From the NCBI GenBank assembly GCA_028715175.1, contig JAQUSJ010000001.1, forward strand, positions 7,760 through 71,759: a DNA stretch of 64,000 nucleotides. The letters are read 5' to 3'. Shown piece after piece: positions 56,730 to 64,000 of the stretch. The notes beneath the pieces are model-generated. The model searched no databases, was not told where the DNA came from, and saw only the letters and a program-made list of their open reading frames with translations. Within the stretch, counting starts at the first letter, position 1. Every line of letters begins with the position of its first letter. The translations under genes were made by a program, and so were the position numbers. Source of the stretch: Candidatus Daviesbacteria bacterium (GTDB lineage Bacteria > Patescibacteriota > Microgenomatia > Daviesbacterales > UBA10151).

Positions 56730-57442
56730 TTAATAAATTTATTGTCTTAATTATTGGCGTGTTAGTAATAGCAATTATCTTCAGCTTTCTAGTGCTCACT
56801 TTTCCCAATAAAAAACCAACCCAGATTCCACCAATCCTAACCATGCCAACCCCACAACCAACAATGGATTCTCAAACATCTGTTCCAGCTCAACCCTTAG
56901 CAATTATCTCATCTTATCCGGAAAATAATACTCAAAATATCCCTCCAAATACCACTTTGAGCTTTACATTTAACAATGATATTAATGTTGATCTAATATC
57001 AGTTAAATTTAACCCTGAAGCACAATTTAATCAAACTGTTGTCACAAAATTATTATTAATAAAACCAAAAACAGAACTTAAACCCAGTACTAAATATATT
57101 GTTGAGGTCTTCGGTAAAGGTATGCCTACATCTTACTCAATTCAGTTCCAAACGGCCGCTCAGAATCCAACAGGAACTTCTCCAAACGCAGAAGGAATAA
57201 AACAAATAGACGATACCTTAAGACGAGTACAGCCTGATGCATATCTGGCTAATAAACTTCCCTTTTCAACAAGTGATTTCAGCGCCAGTTCGGCCATCAA
57301 ATCTTCAACTAATAATTTATATTTTGTAATTGTATTACAAGGACCTGATAAAACCAGTTCTAAAAACGCATTTTTAGACTGGTTAAGATCGCTTCAGTTA
57401 ACAGAAGCCCAAATCCAGGGATTGGATATTGAATACCAATGA
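56726..57442 (+). CDS. Membrane-anchored Ig-like (Big_5) protein
   Basis: IISSYPENN..LSFTFN..LKPSTKYIV. Confidence 0.75.
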   Translation: MINKFIVLIIGVLVIAIIFSFLVLTFPNKKPTQIPPILTMPTPQPTMDSQTSVPAQPLAIISSYPENNTQNIPPNTTLSFTFNNDINVDLISVKFNPEAQFNQTVVTKLLLIKPKTELKPSTKYIVEVFGKGMPTSYSIQFQTAAQNPTGTSPNAEGIKQIDDTLRRVQPDAYLANKLPFSTSDFSASSAIKSSTNNLYFVIVLQGPDKTSSKNAFLDWLRSLQLTEAQIQGLDIEYQ

Positions 57443-57903
57443 AAAGAAAAATTCTTATAGTGGTGGCTATTACTGGAGCTGTCTTGATCCTAATTTCTCA
57501 AAAAGATTTATATTCTAAATTTATCCCTGCTGCAAGTAATGATTCTCCTCAACCGGAGCCTGTCGAACAAACTGTGTCTGTAAACGACAAGCCAACCATT
57601 GTTTCTACTAAACCGGATCCGCTGGAAGAAACTATTGTGGCTGCTACAGATACCATAGAGATTACTTTTAACAGGCCCTTGGAAAACGTGGGAGAGTTTA
57701 AAGTCAGGATCGAACCAGAAATAGACTATAAAGTTGAACTCTCAAACGATAGAAGAACAGCCAAAATAATACCCATAAAACCATACCAGCTGGGCACTAC
57801 TTATACATTATTCATCGGCACTGAAACTAAATTTGACGGAATAGGCAGATGGGGGGAAGAGAAAATCTATCATTTTAGGACCATCAAATACACTGGTGTG
57901 TAA
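57439..57903 (+). CDS. Membrane-anchored Ig-like (Big_5) protein
   Basis: IVSTKP..IEITFNRPL..GTTYTL. Confidence 0.75.
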   Translation: MKRKILIVVAITGAVLILISQKDLYSKFIPAASNDSPQPEPVEQTVSVNDKPTIVSTKPDPLEETIVAATDTIEITFNRPLENVGEFKVRIEPEIDYKVELSNDRRTAKIIPIKPYQLGTTYTLFIGTETKFDGIGRWGEEKIYHFRTIKYTGV

Positions 57904-57919
57904 AACAGCTCTAGAATTG

Positions 57920-59023
57920 TCAATTTAATCTTACCGGCATTACTATATATTCCAATCCCTCTACTCCTATTGGTTTAATCAAAGCAGCAGACAAAGGCCC
58001 TGAAAATTCCATCAAAACTTGAGTTGAAGGAGAGTTTGAAATGGCATCCATTAAGAATTTAGTATTAAAGGCGATCGTAAGTTCGTCCCCCTCCACATCG
58101 CCCTCAATCTCATTTTCCTGACTGCCGACTTCTTTAGTGTGAGATTCCAATTTAAGAAAACCTTTCTTTGTGGTCAAAATAACTATATTGGCCTCGTTTT
58201 TGGCAAAAATCGCCGCCAGCTTGATCGCTTTCAAGAATTCCTCTTTTGTAACCGCAGCTCTGGCAATAATTTTTTGAGGAATAATCTTGCTCCAGGCAGG
58301 AAACTGACCTTCAATCAATCTTGATGAGACCTGGGTGGAGCCTAAACTAAACACGATCTGATTCTGATTCTCGCTGGTGGCAATACCTACTTCTTCCAGA
58401 TCTTGCTCCTCTGCCATCAACCTCAATACCTCTTCAAAAGTTTTTCTCGGTATTAAACTTTTAAATTGAACGTTTCCTTTGGGTAATTCCAGCCGGCGGT
58501 GAGCAAGCCTAAAACCGTCTGTTGCCACAAAATCCAATTTATTGGCAGAGATATCTGTTAAGATACCGGTTAAAACCGGCCTACCTTCATCAACAGCCGA
58601 AGCAAACAGAATCTGGGAAGAAGTTAAAAATGCTTCTTTAGGTAAACTGATGCCTGAGGAAGAAGATAATGGAATAGCCGGAAACTCCGCCGCAGCAATA
58701 CCATTAATTGTTGCTTTGAATTTGCCTGATTCTACAGTTAAAATTTCACCTTTTAGCTCTAAGCTGATTTTGTTTTGACCAAGACCGGAAACAAGTTCAA
58801 CCAGGGTTTTGGCAGGAACTGTAATGCTGCCCGGAATTTCCACCTCAACATTTAGATACTTGATCACTCCTATCTCCAGGTTGGTAGCAGCGATCTTGAG
58901 CTTTTGCCCTTCGGCTGATAATAAAATATTGTCCAGCACAGGAAGAGTTGATCTGATCCCTATTGATCTTGCAACCGATTGCAAAAAGGGTAAAAGGTCT
59001 TGTTGTAAAACTGATAATCTCAT
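57920..59023 (-). CDS. dnaN: DNA polymerase III beta sliding clamp
   Basis: ATNLE, RPVLTG, VATDGFRL, IVMPVR. Confidence 0.97.
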   Translation of the reverse strand: MRLSVLQQDLLPFLQSVARSIGIRSTLPVLDNILLSAEGQKLKIAATNLEIGVIKYLNVEVEIPGSITVPAKTLVELVSGLGQNKISLELKGEILTVESGKFKATINGIAAAEFPAIPLSSSSGISLPKEAFLTSSQILFASAVDEGRPVLTGILTDISANKLDFVATDGFRLAHRRLELPKGNVQFKSLIPRKTFEEVLRLMAEEQDLEEVGIATSENQNQIVFSLGSTQVSSRLIEGQFPAWSKIIPQKIIARAAVTKEEFLKAIKLAAIFAKNEANIVILTTKKGFLKLESHTKEVGSQENEIEGDVEGDELTIAFNTKFLMDAISNSPSTQVLMEFSGPLSAALIKPIGVEGLEYIVMPVRLN

Positions 59024-59027
59024 AATA

Positions 59028-59101
59028 GTCGTCGGCTTTCGGTCTTCAGCTATCAGACTTCAAAAATTTTGTCTGACGGCTGACGTCTGATAACTGATAG
59101 C
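59028..59101. repeat. TCAG/CTGA heptamer hairpin
   Basis: gtcgtcg gctttcg gtcttca gctatca gac ... gtctgacgg ctgacgt ctgataa ctgatagc. Confidence 0.8.
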
Positions 59102-59556
59102 TACTCGTTTCCTTTCCCGGCAGTAGTGAACTTTTGAATTTCTTCTTCTGTAACCTTAATTAAACGGAAATTAACCCGTCCGGCAGCAATTAGGTTTTTA
59201 ATGTGTTTTTCTTCGTCTGTCAAGAGGTGAGTTGTACCGGATTTAACTTCAATAAAATCGATGCGCATATTATTTTTAATACCAATAAAGTCAATTGGCC
59301 AGCCAAGAGGAATAATCCGATCATAATCGTAGCGCAGTTCGGCATAAGCCAAAAGCTCTGCCATTTTCCCTTTTTGGGGATTAATTGACCCCTGGATAGT
59401 CTGTAAAACTCGTGCAGGTAATTCCTGAACTCCTTTATACAAATCTATCAGGTCTGTTGGAATATCTGTTTTCCTACCGTGAAGCCTACCGATTAAATAA
59501 GCTATTGCTAAAAGAAGAACTAATGCGCCAATTAAGTTCCAGTTAAGGTTATCCAC
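59101..59556 (-). CDS. Membrane-anchored PD-(D/E)XK nuclease (archaeal Holliday-junction-resolvase-like)
   Basis: N-terminal TM, KGKMAE, LGWPIDFIG, FIEVKSG. Confidence 0.78.
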   Translation of the reverse strand: MDNLNWNLIGALVLLLAIAYLIGRLHGRKTDIPTDLIDLYKGVQELPARVLQTIQGSINPQKGKMAELLAYAELRYDYDRIIPLGWPIDFIGIKNNMRIDFIEVKSGTTHLLTDEEKHIKNLIAAGRVNFRLIKVTEEEIQKFTTAGKGNE

Positions 59557-59727
59557 AGGTATGTTCGATTATACTACATAATTTAATAAACATTAGTAGT
59601 ATTAATATGTTTGGTGGATATGTTGGTAACTAAGAAAATTGAGGCTGATTTTTGGTAAATTTTCGTGTTGGCAGGTTGTTTAGAATTAGTGGATAAGTTG
59701 TGGATAACAAAACTTTTTTGTGGAAAA
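59549..59727. other. oriC: Replication origin (oriC) region downstream of dnaA
   Basis: DnaA boxes TTATCCACA 59549, TGTGGATAA 59699, near-matches 59688 and 59719; AT-rich stretch near 59570-59610. Confidence 0.8.
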
Positions 59728-59733
59728 GTCCTA

Positions 59734-61068
59734 TCAGGCGCTTAAGGCCTGCAACTTTTGTTTGACCTCAATCAGTATCCGTTGTATTTCTCTGTCATGG
59801 CTCACCAATTTTTTAATTTTATCCCTGCCGTGCATGACAGTGGTGTGATCTCTTTTACCCAGCAGCAATCCTATTTTTTCCACAGTTAAATTTAACTGCT
59901 CGCTTAAGATAAACATGGCGAGATGTCTTGGCAAAACCAGCTCCTTTTGTCTTTTTGCTCCAATCAAGTCCTTATGGTTTAAATTGAAATACTGACAGAC
60001 GACTTCCAGGACTTTTTTAGGCTCAATTTTAATATTTTGCCTGGAGGTGATCCTGGTTTGTAGGTGCTTACTAATGTTTTCGTTAGTGAGAGGCAGATTT
60101 TGAGCTTGAAGCAGTTGCAGTATACCGACCAACTGTCCTTCCAGCTCTCTAATGTTGGTTTCAAAAGAGGCTGCCAAAAGTTTCAGGGTTTCCTCTGTCA
60201 GGATAACTTCGTGCTCCAGACACTTTGATCTAAGGATTGCTACCCTGGTATCAAAGTCAGGCGCCTGAATATCAATCATTAATCCTCCGGCGAACCGGGA
60301 CTTAAGCCTGTCTTCAAGTTTGGCAATTTCGTGAGGGGGTCTGTCTGAGGTAAGGACTATTTGGGAGTTTTTGCCGACTAATTCGTTAAATGTATGAAAA
60401 AATTCTTCCTGTGTTCCTTCCCTGCCTGAGAAAAATTGGATATCATCAACCAGTAATACATCCGGCGAGCGGTATTTGATCCGCAAGTCCCCCATTTTGT
60501 GGGTTTGGATCGCTCCAACATAGTCGTTCATGAACCTTTCGGAAGAAGAGTAGATGATTTTGGCGTGTGCTTTTTTATCCAAAATAGCATTGCCAATACC
60601 CAGCATTAAGTGAGTTTTGCCCACACCAGTCCCTCCATAAATGAATAAAGGATTATAAGAGGTGCCCGGATTTTGGACAATGGCCTGGGCGGCGGCGTAA
60701 GCCACATTATTTGAAGGGCCGACCACATAATTTGATAAGGTATATTTGGGGTTAAGGATGCTTGTTGGAGACTGAATTGGTTTGAAAAAATCCTCCTCTG
60801 TCTGACTTTTATCCTCTATGGCAGCTTCTTTGACAATGAATTCAATATACACTTTTTTGTCCAGCAGTTTCTCAAAGGTATCCTCGATTAAAGGTAAATG
60901 TCTTTGGTTGAGCGTTTCTTTAATAAAAGCAGACGGCGCGGCTAGCGTGATCTTATTGTTGTCAATTGATTTAAGAAAGGTTTGAGAAAAAAATGTCCTG
61001 AAGTTTGCAGAACTGGTATTTGGTTTGATGATGCTTAAAAATCGATGCCACAGTCTTAAATTATCCAT
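59734..61068 (-). CDS. dnaA: Chromosomal replication initiator
   Basis: [36 protein letters not shown]; start at MDNLRL. Confidence 0.97.
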   Translation of the reverse strand: MDNLRLWHRFLSIIKPNTSSANFRTFFSQTFLKSIDNNKITLAAPSAFIKETLNQRHLPLIEDTFEKLLDKKVYIEFIVKEAAIEDKSQTEEDFFKPIQSPTSILNPKYTLSNYVVGPSNNVAYAAAQAIVQNPGTSYNPLFIYGGTGVGKTHLMLGIGNAILDKKAHAKIIYSSSERFMNDYVGAIQTHKMGDLRIKYRSPDVLLVDDIQFFSGREGTQEEFFHTFNELVGKNSQIVLTSDRPPHEIAKLEDRLKSRFAGGLMIDIQAPDFDTRVAILRSKCLEHEVILTEETLKLLAASFETNIRELEGQLVGILQLLQAQNLPLTNENISKHLQTRITSRQNIKIEPKKVLEVVCQYFNLNHKDLIGAKRQKELVLPRHLAMFILSEQLNLTVEKIGLLLGKRDHTTVMHGRDKIKKLVSHDREIQRILIEVKQKLQALSA

Positions 61069-61083
61069 AGGAATTTTGAGGGC

Positions 61084-61114
61084 AGTGGAAAACTTATCCA
61101 CAATCTAATCCACA
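61084..61114. promoter_or_regulatory. DnaA boxes upstream of dnaA
   Basis: TTATCCACA 61094, TAATCCACA 61106, AGTGGAAAA 61084. Confidence 0.75.
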
Positions 61115-61179
61115 AGGTAAGTCTTGGCAATATAGAGAAACTATTAAAAAGTGTATCAAGTTATGATATACTTTCTTTT

Positions 61180-61317
61180 ATGCCAAAGCGCACATACCAA
61201 CCTAAAAAATTGAAAAGACTCAGAAAGCACGGCTACAGAGCTAGAATTGCAACCAGTGGAGGCAGGAAAGTGCTAAAGCGAAGAAGAGCAGCCGGTAGAG
61301 CTAAACTCTCAATCTAA
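61180..61317 (+). CDS. rpmH: 50S ribosomal protein L34 (missing from the ORF track)
   Basis: [45 protein letters not shown]. Confidence 0.95.
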   Translation: MPKRTYQPKKLKRLRKHGYRARIATSGGRKVLKRRRAAGRAKLSI

Positions 61318-61653
61318 ATGCTCCCCAAACTCAAAAGATTGAATTTAAAAAAAGATTTCAAATGGGTGGCTGCCGGGAAAAAACTGGAAACAAAATATGC
61401 GAAACTCTTTGTGAAACCAGGAGATAATCAAACCCCTAAAGTTGGGATAGCGGTTTCTTCTAAAACATTCGCAAAAGCTACCCGGCGGAACAGAGTCAGA
61501 AGACTGGTGTCTGCTGCCATAGAATCTTTGTATCCAAGTCTTCCAAATGACATAAATATAATAGCTCTTCCCAAAGCGGGGGCAATTGAGGTAAAATCAG
61601 GGGATATTCTTTTGGACCTGGAAGAAGGACTAAAGAAAGAAAGGATACTTTGA
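61318..61653 (+). CDS. rnpA: RNase P protein component
   Basis: VGIAVSSK..KATRRNRVRR; synteny. Confidence 0.92.
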   Translation: MLPKLKRLNLKKDFKWVAAGKKLETKYAKLFVKPGDNQTPKVGIAVSSKTFAKATRRNRVRRLVSAAIESLYPSLPNDINIIALPKAGAIEVKSGDILLDLEEGLKKERIL

Positions 61654-61672
61654 TCGGTACTATTTTAATTAT

Positions 61673-61873
61673 ATGAAGAATTTAGCAATTAACGTAATAA
61701 ATTTCTATCAAGTTTTTTTCTCTTTTGATAAAGGAATGTTAGCTGTATTTGCTCCAGGTGGAGCTTGTAAGCACGACCTCAGTTGTTCTGAATATACCAA
61801 GCAAAAAATTAAAGAATATGGGGTATTTAGGGGGAGCTGGTTTGGTTTGAAAAGAATTTGGAGGTGCAGGTGA
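61673..61873 (+). CDS. yidD: Membrane protein insertion efficiency factor
   Basis: C...SCSEY...G..RI.RC; synteny. Confidence 0.88.
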   Translation: MKNLAINVINFYQVFFSFDKGMLAVFAPGGACKHDLSCSEYTKQKIKEYGVFRGSWFGLKRIWRCR

Positions 61874-62682
61874 ATATTGGTGATATTTTTAATTTAATTT
61901 TCTTCGGACCAATCATTAATATTTTGGTTTTGATTTTTCAGGGTCTTTCAGCCATCCATGTGCCGGGAGCATTGGGTTTTTCCATACTGATTTTGACAAT
62001 TTTGATTAGGTTATTGGTTTGGCCGTTTATGTCCTCTCAGATCAAGGCTACCAAAAAAATGGCTGATTTAAAGCCACACCTGGACGAGCTAAAACGAAAA
62101 CACAAGGAGAATAAGAAAGCTTTTGCCGAAGCGCAGATGGCGCTTTATAAAGAACACGGGATTAATCCTGCCGGCGGCTGCTTGCCTGCTTTGATACAAA
62201 TCCCGGTATTCATTGCGCTGTATCAAGCAATAATTAATATTTTACCCGGAGCAGGCGGACAAATTGATAAGATAAATTCTCTTTTATACTTTCCTCAATT
62301 GAAACTTCCAGCAGCGCTGGACCCAAATTTTCTGGGGCTTAATTTAGGCGTAAAACCTTCAGAGTTTGGCAGCCAGGGAATTTTCCTGCTTTTAATACCG
62401 GTTGTGACAGCCGGTCTAACTTTTATCCAATCTAAAATGACTTTGCCAAAACCGATTAAAAGTTACCCGTCGGATTCTCCGAAAGAATCGAAGGAAAAAG
62501 AAGGTCTGGAAGAAAGCATGGGTCAAGTACAATCCCAGATGGTTTATCTTATGCCAATTATGATTGGCTATTTTGCTTTCTCGTTCCCGGTCGGGCTTGC
62601 AATTTATTGGAATACATATACAATACTAGGGATCGTTCAGCAGCATAAGATTTCCGGCTGGGGAGGATTGAGTAAAAAATAA
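61870..62682 (+). CDS. yidC: YidC/Oxa1 insertase
   Basis: LTILIRLLVWP, NPAGGCLP.LIQIP, GLAIYW. Confidence 0.93.
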   Translation: MNIGDIFNLIFFGPIINILVLIFQGLSAIHVPGALGFSILILTILIRLLVWPFMSSQIKATKKMADLKPHLDELKRKHKENKKAFAEAQMALYKEHGINPAGGCLPALIQIPVFIALYQAIINILPGAGGQIDKINSLLYFPQLKLPAALDPNFLGLNLGVKPSEFGSQGIFLLLIPVVTAGLTFIQSKMTLPKPIKSYPSDSPKESKEKEGLEESMGQVQSQMVYLMPIMIGYFAFSFPVGLAIYWNTYTILGIVQQHKISGWGGLSKK

Positions 62683-62685
62683 TTT

Positions 62686-63153
62686 ATGGAAGAACAACTA
62701 GGTGAAGTACTGGATAATTTATTAGGGATGCTTCTTTTGGAAGGGAGTTATGAGATAGAGGAAATGGATGAAAATTTTTTGGTAAGCATTGAAACAAAAG
62801 ACGCAGGAAGACTTATCGGTGCAAGAGGAGAATCTTTAGATGCTTTGCAGCTGCTGGTTAACCAGATGGTTGCCAGAAGAGTCGGGGAAGGTTCGCCGGC
62901 CGGCGAATTTAAGAGAGTTGTTACAGATGTTATGGGTTGGAGGAAACAAAGAGAGAGCGAGCTGAAGGTAAGTGCAGAAAGCTGGGGTAAGCAGGTTTTG
63001 GAAAGTAAGAAACCCCTGGATCTTGAACCGATGGTTCCCTGGCAGCGCAGAATTGTACATATGGCAATTTCAGAAATGAAGGGTCTTTCCTCCGAGAGTA
63101 TCGGCGAGGGCCGCGATAGACATATTGTGATAAAGCCTGTTGTTAAGAGCTAG
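62686..63153 (+). CDS. jag: KH and R3H RNA-binding protein (Jag/KhpB-like)
   Basis: LIGARGESLDALQ, QRRIVH. Confidence 0.88.
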   Translation: MEEQLGEVLDNLLGMLLLEGSYEIEEMDENFLVSIETKDAGRLIGARGESLDALQLLVNQMVARRVGEGSPAGEFKRVVTDVMGWRKQRESELKVSAESWGKQVLESKKPLDLEPMVPWQRRIVHMAISEMKGLSSESIGEGRDRHIVIKPVVKS

Positions 63154-63175
63154 CTACTGCCTTCGCTATCTTTAA

Positions 63176-64000
63176 ATGTTATTCAAGCTTGAAAAGATCT
63201 TATTTTTTTTAACTGTACTTTTTCTTCCAACCCAACTTGGTTTACATTTCTGGCCGGAATTTAGTTATGTTTATTCCTTAAAAATTGATTATCTGTCCCC
63301 AACACTGTATTTCTGGGATATTTTAGCAACAGGACTTTTGATAGTTTGGGCGCTGCGCAAACCTATATTTAACAAAATTGCCCTAAATTTATTCCTGCTC
63401 TTTTTGTTTAGTCAAGCGCTGTCCCTTTTTGGCGCATCAAATATCGGAGCCGGTTTAGTTAGGCTTGAACAATATACGATAGCCGGTTTTTTTGGGGTTT
63501 ATTTGGCAAGTTACAAATTACAAGTTATAAGTAACAAGTTGTATTGGCCACTGATCCTGGCAGTTTTATTTGAAGCAATTTTGGCTACTTTGCAGTTTGT
63601 CAAAGGAGGAACTTTGGGGCTTTGGATTTTAGGGGAAAGGACATTTTCTATCTCCACTCCCGCAATTGCCAAATTTGATTTTTATGGCAGACAGTTTTTG
63701 CGGCCTTATGCCACTTTTCCCCACCCGAATGTTTTGGCGGGGTTTATGTTGATTGTTATTGCTATTTTGTCATTCCGCCGAAAGGTGGTTAATTGGATTC
63801 CTGCATTCGCAGGAATGACAATCCTCCTAGCAGTTTCGCGGGCAGCTATTCTGGCAGGTTTTGGGCTTGGGCTTATACTCCTAAATAGAAAGTGGAAAAT
63901 TATACTAATTTTGGTTGGACTATTTTTATCCCCGATTCTTTTTACAAGATTTTCCAGTATTTTTAATTTTGATAATTTAACGCTGCTTAGGCGTGAGGAA
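63176..64000 (+). CDS. O-antigen ligase-family membrane protein (runs off the window)
   Basis: Translation MLFKLEKILFF...PTQLGLHFWP...RPYATFPHPNVLAGF. Confidence 0.78.
   Translation, partial: MLFKLEKILFFLTVLFLPTQLGLHFWPEFSYVYSLKIDYLSPTLYFWDILATGLLIVWALRKPIFNKIALNLFLLFLFSQALSLFGASNIGAGLVRLEQYTIAGFFGVYLASYKLQVISNKLYWPLILAVLFEAILATLQFVKGGTLGLWILGERTFSISTPAIAKFDFYGRQFLRPYATFPHPNVLAGFMLIVIAILSFRRKVVNWIPAFAGMTILLAVSRAAILAGFGLGLILLNRKWKIILILVGLFLSPILFTRFSSIFNFDNLTLLRREE

Overview
This is a chromosomal segment of a reduced-genome bacterium. Gene content and style point to Patescibacteria/CPR, probably Microgenomates (inference). The right end spans the replication origin (dnaN, an inserted nuclease gene, oriC, dnaA, rpmH, rnpA, yidD, yidC, jag). 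Housekeeping genes include dnaG-rpoD, ssrA-smpB, trxB, tlyA, comF and an Xer-type recombinase. There are eight tRNA genes, including tRNA-Ile(UAU), tRNA-Arg(GCG) and a tRNA-Asn split by a 190-nt group I intron inside the anticodon. Accessory content: a Pycsar anti-phage pair in an island ending at a tRNA 3' remnant; a copper/redox cluster (SOD, CopA-type ATPase, flavin reductase, cupredoxin, PQQ-type propeller); HNH genes parked behind RNA genes; and a split type IV secretion-like locus (six VirB2-like pilins, VirB6-like, PrgI, VirB4, SLT/CHAP hydrolase, plus a distant VirD4-like ATPase). Two signals stand out. (1) A cobalamin riboswitch sits in front of an uncharacterised Zn-ribbon protein, and its variable domain is a repeat hairpin. 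(2) 7-nt-period inverted-repeat hairpins of many unrelated sequences pervade the window; one pair brackets a four-helix-bundle gene and others invade RNAs and coding sequences. All calls come from reading the sequence; no searches were run.
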